Positions 1-9,904 of a DNA stretch of 27,193 bases are shown here, in pieces. Position numbers and translations under genes: made by a program. The DNA lies in the IMG/VR virus record IMGVR_UViG_3300012953_002253, positions 1 through 27,193 of that record. One strand, written 5' to 3'. The notes under the pieces are model-generated. The model searched no databases. It was not told the DNA's origin and was given only the letters and a program-made list of their open reading frames with translations. The DNA comes from a virus (lineage: Duplodnaviria > Caudoviricetes). The stretch's first letter is position 1. Every line of letters starts with the position of its first letter.

Positions 1-1
1 T

Positions 2-331
2 TTAAACTGCAAACGAACTTCCGCATCCACAAGTTGTCTGTACATTTGGATTGCGAATTACAAATTGTGATGAGAAATGATCAGTTGAGTAATCAATTTC
101 TGCACCGTTTAAATACTGTAAACTTAGTGGGTCTATAACTAACGTAACGCCATCAGTTGTGACAGCCTCATCATCTTCTTTCTGGTCATCAAAGGTAAAG
201 CCATACTGAAACCCAGAACAACCACCACCCTGTATAAAGACTCTTAAGTTTATATTATCGTTTACATCAGGGTCTTCGTGAATAATTTCTTTGACTTTCT
301 GAGCAGCAGAACTGTGGAATGTTAAACTCAT
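2..331 (-). CDS. erpA: A-type Fe-S cluster carrier/insertion protein (HesB/IscA/SufA family, ErpA-like), 109 aa
   Basis: It contains [20 protein letters not shown] and C-terminal [16 protein letters not shown], which carry the three conserved Cys. I moved the start to the ATG at 331 ([14 protein letters not shown]) because AGGAGG at 338-343 lies just upstream. Confidence 0.93.
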   Translation of the reverse strand: MSLTFHSSAAQKVKEIIHEDPDVNDNINLRVFIQGGGCSGFQYGFTFDDQKEDDEAVTTDGVTLVIDPLSLQYLNGAEIDYSTDHFSSQFVIRNPNVQTTCGCGSSFAV

Positions 332-333
332 AA

Positions 334-816
334 CTACCCTCCTAATGAAATAATCCAAATAAATCCTATAATAATTCCAAGTATTGCAAGAACCCCTACA
401 ATACCAATAGTAAAATCAAATATCTTCTGCTTCAAAACGATGCGGTCGTGTATAAGTTTCTGGCGTTTCTCGCGTATCTGTTTCTCCTGTGCCAGTAAAT
501 TATCCCACTCGTCCTTACCCCATTGCCACATGATAAGCTCTCGAAGCTGCGCTCTCTGGTCACGCATTTTTTTCTGTGCTATAACTGCGTCCATAGCCTC
601 AGCCTGAACCGATTTAGCGTTGGCTAACTTTTTAAAGAACGGAGGATTCTCTGCACGTTCCCTTGCTTTGTTTACATCCGAACAGCACTCAAACCAACGG
701 CTTATGTGACTCATACAGTCTTCAATCTCTCGACCACTTTGAACTAACTTAGATACCTGATTCACAGCCTTACCAGCCAGCGTAATAGCAGCAGTAATTG
801 TTAACGGATCTGGCAT
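334..816 (-). CDS. Hypothetical coiled-coil protein with C-terminal transmembrane anchor, 160 aa
   Basis: The ORF packs tightly between its neighbours. It has a helical charged core and a hydrophobic C-terminus ([22 protein letters not shown]). Confidence 0.8.
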   Translation of the reverse strand: MPDPLTITAAITLAGKAVNQVSKLVQSGREIEDCMSHISRWFECCSDVNKARERAENPPFFKKLANAKSVQAEAMDAVIAQKKMRDQRAQLRELIMWQWGKDEWDNLLAQEKQIREKRQKLIHDRIVLKQKIFDFTIGIVGVLAILGIIIGFIWIISLGG

Positions 817-818
817 TT

Positions 819-3800
819 TTATCTCCTCGTATTAGCTAATGCTCTTAAAACTTTTCCTCCCCTATAAAATTTTTCTTTTACGGTAACATCTTTTCCTAAA
901 CTTGGCGTAGCATCTACTTCTAAGTAATCATAGAGATCATGTATCTTTTTACCATATTTAATTTGACCTATTATATTTCCCTTTTTTACTACCCCCACTG
1001 TTTCAGGTTTTAAATTTGGTTGAGGTACTTTACCTTCCTTATTTCGGCTAGTAATTCTATTCATTCTAACAGGCCCAACAAATTGCACATCAAGAGCGTA
1101 CCCATGATCTGTTTTAAAACCTAGGTCTTTCATTTTTTTTGCGCCGCCTTGAATAGCAACAATAGGATAATCTAATCTTCTTTCTTTATCATTAATTATA
1201 ACTTTAAATTTTTCTGGTTGAACTAGGTTTGTTTTTACGTGTTGTGGAGCTTTTTCACCTGTTGCATCTCTGTAATTTTTTTTCATTTGTTCTAAAGTTA
1301 AGTCTTCTCCATCATATATATTAACTTTTGCTAAAGGCTTGTTAATTCCTTCAGTCATTTTTCTTGATGCTCTAGCAGAAATTAATAAGTTTTGAAATGT
1401 TTTATCCGTTACATCTTCTTTTGGTACAGGCTTGGGTGAACCCTCCTTTGTTCCCATTACAACATAGTTACCAAAGTCTAAATCTATTTCAATACCTTGG
1501 TCTTCTAACTCTTTCTTAAAGTCTTCACCTTTAAATCTTGAGTGAGTAGGATCAGAAAATGAACCGGGAACTGGAGCAACACTTTGGGCTTCAACATCTG
1601 CTTTTGCTCTTTGTACTCTAGGATCTAACTCCTCAGATACTTCTTCTCCTGCTCTAACAACAACTGGTTTTTGAGGGTCAGAAACTATTTTAGCTTTACT
1701 GCCCCTACCGACAGACTTTACTGGAGTCATTACGTCTTTAAATAATAACTTAACTACTTCGCCACCTAAACCTCTTCGTTGCCTAAGTTTAGTTAAAATA
1801 CGGCCACCTTGATTAGACATTAAACGCTTTTCAGGATCTTCTTCATCTATACCTAATGCTCCTGCTTGTATATTATAAGGCAACCCTGTCATTCTATCTA
1901 TACGTTCATCAGGCTCCTCTTTTGCATCAGGCACATTTACCTTGCCGCCCCTTTCAAAGTTTTTTCTAAACTCTTTAGCAGACATTTTTTTAAATAACTC
2001 TCTGTTAAGTTCTTTATATGCCTCGCCTTTCGGAGCTAAGTCTAAACGATTTACCGTGTTTAAATAATCTGTAATTAAAACTTCAGGATTTTCTTCTCCA
2101 GATTCTTTTAACTGTAGCATCATATCAACTTTAGTTTGTTCTGATAATTTATCTGCGTAAAAGTCACCATTTAAAAGCGCATTAATTTCATTATTAGAAG
2201 TTATTCCTGCTTCTTTTAAATACGCCATTACTTGCATAGAACTATAACCAAGTGTATCCATAGCTAATATGTGACGATACAGTTTTTGTGATGCTTCAAA
2301 TTTTTTAGTCGTATATTTTGTCCATTCTTTAAAATAATCTGTGTCTTTTTTACCGTATCTAACCGAAGGTCTTTTTCTTTCATGAAGTAATGTTCGCTTA
2401 TAGGTTTTAACATGACCTACAAATCTATCAGCAGGATCAAATTTAGTAAAGTTTACTCCCGATAACATTTCTAAAGCTGTAGCGCCCTTACTTCTTTTTT
2501 GTCCTGTAAATTCGTTGGGTTCTTCAAAAAGAGCTTCTGATATTTTTCCTAAATCTGTTAAAACTCCCGGAGTAAAACCTTTGGCTGCATGGGACAAAGC
2601 GCCCCACACAACACTCCAATTACTATCAGGATCTTTTATTATTTCTTTAGATCCTGACCTTCCTTGAGGGTCTTTTAAGGCTCTGTAAATATCACCCATT
2701 GTTTCAGAAAACATTGCTTCACTAACAAAGGGTCGTAACAATTCTCCAATCGCAGCTCCCGTAGCGTCTGTCATTCTGGTAGAAAAAGTATCCCCATTAA
2801 ATTTACCTTCTGCTAATTCTCTATGAAATGATAAAGCTATATCTTTCATAATAGCATAGGAATCTATATACGTAGGGGCCATCGCATAAAGATCCCCACC
2901 CATATTAACAATTATTTTATTGTGATGTTTATTATAAGAAGTTTCTAAATTAGTTTGAAGGGCTTGATCTTCGTCTTTTGTAAAACCTGTAAGCCTTGCG
3001 CCTAAATAACCTGAACCAAACCATGCTGCATTTAAAGTTCCAAAACCTCCTAGACGCATTAAGCCTCTTTTGCGTAATTCCGTGTTATTTGTGCGTTGTC
3101 CTTCTACAGCTTCTTTAACTCCTTTAGTAATAATGTGTCTAGTTGTACGTAAAATTTCAGCAGGAAACGAAACAAAGTTACCAAATGGCATTTCTCTAAT
3201 TGCTTTAATTCCCGGAGTTACTCGATTATAATTTGGAAAAGTATCTTTAACAATCTCTGCTGCTTCTTCTTCTAGTTGCTTTAGAGGCGCATTAGGTTTA
3301 ATTTTTTTTAACGAAGAAAGTTCTGATGCAAATGCGTTCATTTTAAAAAAGTCATCGGTTCCCATGTAGATTTGTTCGGGTTTGTTTATCAGTATGTCTT
3401 TACCAAACCTACTTATTTTATAATTTTCTGCAAGCTTTCCTAATTTGTCTGCTAATTCTGTCGGATATAATTTTCCTTCTGAAGCAATTTCCATCATAGC
3501 TCTGGCTTCTCTTGCTCTTACAGAAGTATTTATTACACCCATTCCTTGAAGTTTTTCATAGTAAGTATCAAATTGTTTATTATTTCCTTGAAAAATTTCA
3601 TTCCATAAAACTTTTGAATTAAATGCGCCATCTGTTAACGGATTAATTCCATTTGCCAAACCAAACTGATAACCACCTAAAGCGTTCCGAAGGTGTGTAG
3701 TATGGTCGTAAACCGTTTTCATCTGCTGACTTAAACCTTTTGCTGCTACAAGATAACGGGTAGATTCGCTGCCCTTTACACCATTTTTAAATAGCCCCCA

Positions 3801-6065
3801 AAACATATGCGTATCTTCAAGTCCGTTGATAGACCTTGCAAGTTCTGGCGTAGTAAACAACCCATCAATTTCTGAATTAGTACCTTTAATCCGTGTATTA
3901 AAAACTGCGCTTTTTTCAGGCTTTAAATATGTAGGAGCTGTGTAACCACCTTTTAATTGTTTAGTATATATTTCATCAGCAAGCATTTTTACAGACCTTG
4001 TAGGCGGTATAAAACCATCTTCTGCTTGATCCATTTGAATTGTTATTTCTTCTGTTTTACCTGTTTTGTTATCTCTTGCATTAACTCTAAACGAATTGTT
4101 TTCATTTCTCTTAATAAGCGTAGCTGTGCGCCCATCATATAAATTAAATAACGTACCTTTTGGTACATCAATGTCAAAAGAATCTCTTAAGTCAGCAAAA
4201 TCGCTTCCTGCCTTTTTTAACTCTGACCTAGATAAATCCATAGCTTGCTTGTATAGCTCTGGTCTGTCTGGAACACTACCGCCTAGTTCATTAAGACGAG
4301 CATAAAATTTATGGTTTTCTACTGCGCTTGAAAGTTTTGACATAGTTAAAATAATATTTTCTGTAGGGCTGTCAATTTCACCCATTAATTTTTTAATTTG
4401 TGCGTCAATATCCTTTCGTTTAGCAAAAACTTTTTTATTAATTGCACGAACTTTTGTTATGTAGTCGTTTAAATTTCTTGTTTCATCTCTTGTTAGAATG
4501 TTATCGACCATTTGCGCTGCTTCTTTTTCAAGCGCAGCTCCTTGAAGATTTGCAGCTTCAGGAGACAATTTACGTTTTTTAATCATGCCACTAACAAAAA
4601 ACTTTTTGGTTTCTTCTATAAGGTCATTGCTTGGGACGTAGCTAGGATCTTCAAACAAACGATAAGACCTTGTTACGTAAGTACCTATGTTTTCAATAAC
4701 AGCATTTCTAACACCCTCTGTTGCTACATTATTATCAACAAGATATTGCGATAGATTATCTATATTTCTTCGTGCAGATACAATTTCTTCTGCGATATCT
4801 TTAGATAAACCAGACTCTACAATAGATTGTATTTGATCGTTATCTGATAAATCCTTAAGTTCAGGATTTTGAAGTTGCTGTAAAATTCGAGAAGATAAAG
4901 TAGGGTCTTTTGTTGCAAGCATCTCGTCATCTATAAATTTCTGTAATCTTTTTGCGTGATGTACTCCAGAACTTACAGCTTGTATTTGACCAGATACAGC
5001 TTCTCCTCTAGCTTTAAAAGCTTCTTCTGATAAAAATCCTCTAGCCGTAAAATACCTTTGCTTTATCCATTTTGTAAAGCCCGTTAAGGATCTTTCACTT
5101 TGCTTTAAAACTTGTTGCACTCCTTTATCTGTGTCAACCGAAGCTCTTTTAACTGCTTCAATAATTTCTATAGGGTTCTCAGTTTGAGATTTTTTAGTTT
5201 CTTTTAAACTTATTTCAACTATAGAATCTATTTCGGTTTCATCTAATTGCTCTGGAGTTTTTCCGAATAGTGTTTTAGCGTGTCGTTTTACATCCAACGC
5301 AGGAATACCATATTTTACAAAAGCTCCTATAATACCACCCACAGCAGCGTCTATAACGCCAGTTGTTATACCTAACTTTGCACGATTTAATAATAGAGAA
5401 TCTTCTTTATCAGCAGCTAAATATTGTACTACAGGATTTTCAGAAACTTCAGATAGTACGTTAGCTAAATTTACGTCAGGGTCATCTAAAATTTGTGTAA
5501 TTCCTGCACCTGATATCATACCTTTTTTAAAGATTCCTAGTTTTTTAAATTCAGAAACTTTATCAAGAGCTTTAAAAACTCCTACGCCTCCAACAAGATA
5601 TGTACCAATATTTAAACCTTTTCCAGTCAAAGTTTCAGGAGCTTTAATTGCACCGCTATCGGGGTCTACTACATCAGAAGGTGTTTTATCTCCAAAAAAT
5701 TTAACTGTAGCTTCTCTGCGGTCTTTTGCAGCTTGTCTTGCAGAAAAATCATATTCTGTATCACCTGCTAATTTAAAAGCAGGGCCAACTATAAAGTCAC
5801 TAGCTAATCTAAATGGAGCATCTGCAACATTTAATCCTATACGTTTTAAGTCTGTGTATATAGAAGGTTCTTCTAGTTGTTTCTTTTCTGCTTGATCAGT
5901 AAGCGCGGCCTCTGAATCTACATTTTCAAACGCAGAACCTTGGGATAATTGTTGACGCTCAAGATCAGTTAACTCAACAGTTACATATTTATCTACTTTT
6001 GGATCAAAAATAGATTTACTAATATAGTTACCGTCAGAATCTTTTGTGTAACCTACGGGATTCAT
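819..6065 (-). CDS. Large internal virion / DNA-ejection protein (1748 aa) with a C-terminal accessory domain
   Basis: This very long, mostly helical ORF is the last of the internal-protein cluster after the tail genes, the position of T7 gp16/P22 gp16-like ejection proteins. It has Gly-rich hydrophobic segments. The function is inferred from synteny. Confidence 0.7.
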   Translation of the reverse strand: MNPVGYTKDSDGNYISKSIFDPKVDKYVTVELTDLERQQLSQGSAFENVDSEAALTDQAEKKQLEEPSIYTDLKRIGLNVADAPFRLASDFIVGPAFKLAGDTEYDFSARQAAKDRREATVKFFGDKTPSDVVDPDSGAIKAPETLTGKGLNIGTYLVGGVGVFKALDKVSEFKKLGIFKKGMISGAGITQILDDPDVNLANVLSEVSENPVVQYLAADKEDSLLLNRAKLGITTGVIDAAVGGIIGAFVKYGIPALDVKRHAKTLFGKTPEQLDETEIDSIVEISLKETKKSQTENPIEIIEAVKRASVDTDKGVQQVLKQSERSLTGFTKWIKQRYFTARGFLSEEAFKARGEAVSGQIQAVSSGVHHAKRLQKFIDDEMLATKDPTLSSRILQQLQNPELKDLSDNDQIQSIVESGLSKDIAEEIVSARRNIDNLSQYLVDNNVATEGVRNAVIENIGTYVTRSYRLFEDPSYVPSNDLIEETKKFFVSGMIKKRKLSPEAANLQGAALEKEAAQMVDNILTRDETRNLNDYITKVRAINKKVFAKRKDIDAQIKKLMGEIDSPTENIILTMSKLSSAVENHKFYARLNELGGSVPDRPELYKQAMDLSRSELKKAGSDFADLRDSFDIDVPKGTLFNLYDGRTATLIKRNENNSFRVNARDNKTGKTEEITIQMDQAEDGFIPPTRSVKMLADEIYTKQLKGGYTAPTYLKPEKSAVFNTRIKGTNSEIDGLFTTPELARSINGLEDTHMFWGLFKNGVKGSESTRYLVAAKGLSQQMKTVYDHTTHLRNALGGYQFGLANGINPLTDGAFNSKVLWNEIFQGNNKQFDTYYEKLQGMGVINTSVRAREARAMMEIASEGKLYPTELADKLGKLAENYKISRFGKDILINKPEQIYMGTDDFFKMNAFASELSSLKKIKPNAPLKQLEEEAAEIVKDTFPNYNRVTPGIKAIREMPFGNFVSFPAEILRTTRHIITKGVKEAVEGQRTNNTELRKRGLMRLGGFGTLNAAWFGSGYLGARLTGFTKDEDQALQTNLETSYNKHHNKIIVNMGGDLYAMAPTYIDSYAIMKDIALSFHRELAEGKFNGDTFSTRMTDATGAAIGELLRPFVSEAMFSETMGDIYRALKDPQGRSGSKEIIKDPDSNWSVVWGALSHAAKGFTPGVLTDLGKISEALFEEPNEFTGQKRSKGATALEMLSGVNFTKFDPADRFVGHVKTYKRTLLHERKRPSVRYGKKDTDYFKEWTKYTTKKFEASQKLYRHILAMDTLGYSSMQVMAYLKEAGITSNNEINALLNGDFYADKLSEQTKVDMMLQLKESGEENPEVLITDYLNTVNRLDLAPKGEAYKELNRELFKKMSAKEFRKNFERGGKVNVPDAKEEPDERIDRMTGLPYNIQAGALGIDEEDPEKRLMSNQGGRILTKLRQRRGLGGEVVKLLFKDVMTPVKSVGRGSKAKIVSDPQKPVVVRAGEEVSEELDPRVQRAKADVEAQSVAPVPGSFSDPTHSRFKGEDFKKELEDQGIEIDLDFGNYVVMGTKEGSPKPVPKEDVTDKTFQNLLISARASRKMTEGINKPLAKVNIYDGEDLTLEQMKKNYRDATGEKAPQHVKTNLVQPEKFKVIINDKERRLDYPIVAIQGGAKKMKDLGFKTDHGYALDVQFVGPVRMNRITSRNKEGKVPQPNLKPETVGVVKKGNIIGQIKYGKKIHDLYDYLEVDATPSLGKDVTVKEKFYRGGKVLRALANTRR

Positions 6066-7766
6066 TTATCGAGGTTCCGCTATAACGCGAGAGATTTGAT
6101 TATAATACTCCTTATTCATACCCACCAAATCATCTAAGTTGAATTTTCTATAGGTGTTTAACGAGTCTTTCCATGCTTCTGCGCTTATACCCGGTATAGG
6201 CGTAAACATTTCTTGTCCCTTGTCATCAAGTCCAACAAAAGTTGCAGTACCTACAGGCGCAGCTCGTTTTGTTGTTATATCATATTCCATCATATTTCCG
6301 TCATTATCTGGAATTTCAATAGTAGATGGAGCATCAATTAATCCAATTGCGCCTAGTTCAATACCTACTAATAAATCATTATTAATTTGAAAAGCGTTAT
6401 TCAATGCTACTTGTGCTTCGTTTGCCTTTTTAGTTTTCGTTGCCCATTCTGCGTACGCTTCTTTATTTTCTTTAGGTGGTGCTTTTACAAATAAAGGAGC
6501 TATTTGATTCCAAACAGCAGTATGTCTATATTGATTTTGTAAATGATCGTTTAAATATTTTGCCTTTAATTCGTTAATATCTTTCCTATTTGCAGGGTTT
6601 ACTCCAAAGGATTGAATAACATTTATAGTTTCTTGATACGCAGCTATTCCATCGTCACCATAATAAAACTGGGGATTATTATAATCATAAACCTCTGGCT
6701 TATCTGTTGCTTTATTCACAGCCGTTACTTTAGATAATCGTTGCATCAGTTGTTTTTCTGCTTGGTCTGAAAATCCAAAAGCTTTTATTATAGCTGAAGG
6801 TTTTTCTGAATCTTTTAAAATTTGTTTATTGTCAAAACTTGAAATAGCTCTTGCTTCATCTACTGTTGTTTCTACGGTTGTTGTACCTAATGCTTTATTT
6901 TCCACTGTTATTTTGTTAACAGGATATGTTGTACCAGAAATTGTAGAGTACATTTTTTCTATTTTTTTTATTTCAAGTCCCGGAGTGTTTTTAATTCTTT
7001 CTTTTACATCAATCTGTGCAACCTTACTTAACAAATCATTTACATTTTTATCAGTAGTATAATTTTGAAAAGCCGTTTTAAATGCTACACTATTTTGATA
7101 CATTTCATCTTGTTGTAAATTTTGTATGGATTGATCAATAGAATTTATTCCTCTAATTTTTTCATTTGCATAATTTTTAATTCCATTAATCATACCTTTT
7201 TGGCTGGTATATGCGTTTAGTTTAAATTGTTTATGGGCTGCTGGACTTCTTACATTTTGACCTAATTCTAATAATTCATCATAAGTAGGTTTTATCATCT
7301 TAGCCAGCTCATTTCTTTCTGGTCTTAATATAGCTAATTTTTGTGCCTCAGTAAGCGCAGCGAAGTTATAACCTTCTTTAGTCATTTCTTTTTCTAGACG
7401 TTTAAAAAGAGGCCCAGTAACTAAAGGAGATGTTGCTATACCCTCTTCCCTTGTTATAAGGTTTTGATTAACTTTATCTTCAATACCTGCTAATGTTGTC
7501 ATCGTAGTATTTACAGAATCATTTACTAGCTTCATATCACGCAATTCTTTTGTCTCAAGAAAATTTGTTTCTTTAGCTTTTGCTGCTTCTGCCATAGCCT
7601 GAGCAGGATTACCTATGATTTGCTTACCTAATTCAGTTGTCAAACCAGTAACTAATCCAGTAGCAATACCTTTTGCAAGCTGCTTACCAAAGCTATCTCC
7701 TTTTGCTCTTTTTTGTGCTTTTCTGTAAGAACTTCCTAAATCTCTTGCAAATAAAGAAGTTGTCAT
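6066..7766 (-). CDS. Putative internal virion / ejection protein (566 aa)
   Basis: It lies in the ejection cluster and has an N-terminal Gly-rich amphipathic segment (GKQLAKGIATGLVTGLTTELGKQIIG). It is coupled to the upstream gene by a TAATG overlap at 7764-7768. Confidence 0.6.
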   Translation of the reverse strand: MTTSLFARDLGSSYRKAQKRAKGDSFGKQLAKGIATGLVTGLTTELGKQIIGNPAQAMAEAAKAKETNFLETKELRDMKLVNDSVNTTMTTLAGIEDKVNQNLITREEGIATSPLVTGPLFKRLEKEMTKEGYNFAALTEAQKLAILRPERNELAKMIKPTYDELLELGQNVRSPAAHKQFKLNAYTSQKGMINGIKNYANEKIRGINSIDQSIQNLQQDEMYQNSVAFKTAFQNYTTDKNVNDLLSKVAQIDVKERIKNTPGLEIKKIEKMYSTISGTTYPVNKITVENKALGTTTVETTVDEARAISSFDNKQILKDSEKPSAIIKAFGFSDQAEKQLMQRLSKVTAVNKATDKPEVYDYNNPQFYYGDDGIAAYQETINVIQSFGVNPANRKDINELKAKYLNDHLQNQYRHTAVWNQIAPLFVKAPPKENKEAYAEWATKTKKANEAQVALNNAFQINNDLLVGIELGAIGLIDAPSTIEIPDNDGNMMEYDITTKRAAPVGTATFVGLDDKGQEMFTPIPGISAEAWKDSLNTYRKFNLDDLVGMNKEYYNQISRVIAEPR

Positions 7767-8338
7767 TATGATTCTCCTTTAGCCAATAAAGACGGTTCAG
7801 GTTTTGCCATCAAAGAAGGAAGTTCGTTTTGTTCTATTGCTTCATCTACTTTTTCTTTAATTTTAAAATCTTCATCATCTTGTGGTTTTTTTATTGTACT
7901 AATTATATCTCTAAATTTAGAGAACTGTTCGTCTTCGTCTTCATCATCCTCATCGGGATCATCAGGATCTTCTGAAACATTTATATCTTCTACACCAGCT
8001 TTTTCTCCTAAAGCCATAATCATAAACGCTAAAGGTTCTGCTAACATTAACATAAGGTCTGGATTTATTTCGCCTTCCTGAAAACTTTGTGTAAGAAACA
8101 ACTCAACTAAATCCATTACAGGTACACCTTCTTCAAGGCTTTCTATAATTGCTTGATACCTTTCTGGTTGTTGAAACAACTCTAAAAAATGCACAAGCGC
8201 ATCGTCCTTTGTTGTAAACTCTGGCGGTGTTTCCCAAGGCCAAGGAGTTTCAGGATTTTCTGTTAGCGACTGGCCGGGAATGGGCCTTGCTGTTCGCATC
8301 CCAAATTCTCTTAGTTCATCATTTGTTAAATCTACCAT
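7766..8338 (-). CDS. Acidic hypothetical protein in the internal-virion cluster (190 aa)
   Basis: Clean ORF with a PIPGQSLT...PWPWETPP segment and a D/E-rich tract. AGGA-like RBS upstream. Confidence 0.7.
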   Translation of the reverse strand: MVDLTNDELREFGMRTARPIPGQSLTENPETPWPWETPPEFTTKDDALVHFLELFQQPERYQAIIESLEEGVPVMDLVELFLTQSFQEGEINPDLMLMLAEPLAFMIMALGEKAGVEDINVSEDPDDPDEDDEDEDEQFSKFRDIISTIKKPQDDEDFKIKEKVDEAIEQNELPSLMAKPEPSLLAKGES

Positions 8339-8350
8339 AATTATAATTCC

Positions 8351-9895
8351 TTAGCTAGTAGCATAACTAAAATTTTGATCTTGTGCAGCCCCAACTAACC
8401 AATTATTGTATGCGTTGCTACTCCAATCTGAAACGGGCGCTGTATGGTTATTTACAAAACTTATGGTTTCTGGTGAAAAATCACTAACTGGCTGACCTAC
8501 GCCTACTTGACCATATGTTTGTTGCATAATACTAGCAGTATCTGCTTCAAACCCAACAGGTTTTCCTTCTGCCACAAGCTCTGGCGTTTCCATACCTGCG
8601 GCAGTTACACCTGTTTGTATTGCTGTTGTAGTTGCTCTCTCTCCTACTGTATCAAAGTCAGGTAATTTTAAAGATCCTTGTTGAACCATAGCTATTGGAG
8701 ATTGTCGTTCTGGATCAAAACTTGTTTGCCTTCCAAATTCTCCTAAATCTAATTTAGAAGTATCCATCATAAAATTCTTTTGCGCCTTTGATAAAGCACT
8801 TGTTGTTCGTGGTTGGAATAAACTATAATCTGTAGCGGCTTCTGCGTCTTTAAAAGCTTGTCTTACATCATAAGAAGATTCCATAAATTTAGCACCTTCA
8901 GTTCCTGCTAGAGTTGGTCTTGGTACACCCATATCTGAATATATTTGATCTACAGCTTTACCTTGTCCTGCGGTTACTGATTGTCCAAATTCTTTAGTAA
9001 TTCCTATATCTCTGCTTCCCGGTGGAAATTTCTTATAGATTTCATCGTCTAGTACTGTTCTAACATCAGCACGTTCAAGCGCAGGTAATTCTGGGCGAGT
9101 ATCAAGTTGTATAGGAGATTGCCTTGTCGGATCAAATTTCGTTTGACCTTTAATGTCTCCTGATAAAACTGCTTCAAAACCTTCTTTTTGTTGTAGAGGT
9201 GTAAAAGTTTTAAACCCTGTGCCTGTTATGCTTCTTTTTCCAAGCTCTGCACCTTCCCAAAAATTAGCTGCCATTTGTTCTGTTGTATTATCTGCAATAG
9301 CTTTTGCGGTTGCTCCAAGTCCTTCTCCTCCTGCGGCTTTTGTAACTGCTCCTGAAGCTTTAGCCGTTACTCCACTTCCAGCCGTTGCTCCACCACTTCC
9401 GGGTGTATAAGTAACACTTGTAAGTTCTGGCGTAATTGCTGCGCCAGCTTGAGGGGCCGCACTACCAACAGTAAAACCTAACCTTTCTCCAGCAGCTCTC
9501 ATAGTTGATTTAACCATATTTGTAGCTCCGTTTGCAAGAGAACCTAATTGATCTATGGTCATTCGTTTAGCTGAAGTAGCGGCATCAGTAATTCGTTTTG
9601 CTCCTTCTAATATAATTTTTCCAAATTTATTTGAGGCTAACTTTTGCCCTGCTGTACTCAACACCCCTGTAAGTTTACTTGTAGCTGCGCCAACTGCTTT
9701 TCCAATAAAACTTTGTGAAAGGCTTTGCCACAACGCTGGCCCTGCGTACATAGATAAAACCATCATGCCTATTTGTCCAAAGATACCAGCTTTATTTACA
9801 AGTTTTCCGAAAGCTCTAAATTTTTTCTTAATAAATTTACCAACTTTTTTAAATACCTTACCGATACCCTTAAATATTTTTTTAAAAAATCCCAT
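8351..9895 (-). CDS. Putative ejection protein with an N-terminal cationic amphipathic helix (514 aa)
   Basis: It starts MGFFKKIFKGIGKVFKKVGKFIKKKF, followed by a hydrophobic segment and an Ala/Gly-rich region. RBS AGGAG at 9902-9906. Confidence 0.65.
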   Translation of the reverse strand: MGFFKKIFKGIGKVFKKVGKFIKKKFRAFGKLVNKAGIFGQIGMMVLSMYAGPALWQSLSQSFIGKAVGAATSKLTGVLSTAGQKLASNKFGKIILEGAKRITDAATSAKRMTIDQLGSLANGATNMVKSTMRAAGERLGFTVGSAAPQAGAAITPELTSVTYTPGSGGATAGSGVTAKASGAVTKAAGGEGLGATAKAIADNTTEQMAANFWEGAELGKRSITGTGFKTFTPLQQKEGFEAVLSGDIKGQTKFDPTRQSPIQLDTRPELPALERADVRTVLDDEIYKKFPPGSRDIGITKEFGQSVTAGQGKAVDQIYSDMGVPRPTLAGTEGAKFMESSYDVRQAFKDAEAATDYSLFQPRTTSALSKAQKNFMMDTSKLDLGEFGRQTSFDPERQSPIAMVQQGSLKLPDFDTVGERATTTAIQTGVTAAGMETPELVAEGKPVGFEADTASIMQQTYGQVGVGQPVSDFSPETISFVNNHTAPVSDWSSNAYNNWLVGAAQDQNFSYATS

Positions 9896-9904
9896 AATAA
9901 ACTC

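Noticed and set aside
332-358. Longer ErpA start ([10 protein letters not shown])
   Set aside because: It overlaps the upstream gene. The ATG at 331 has AGGAGG at proper spacing and gives a typical family length.
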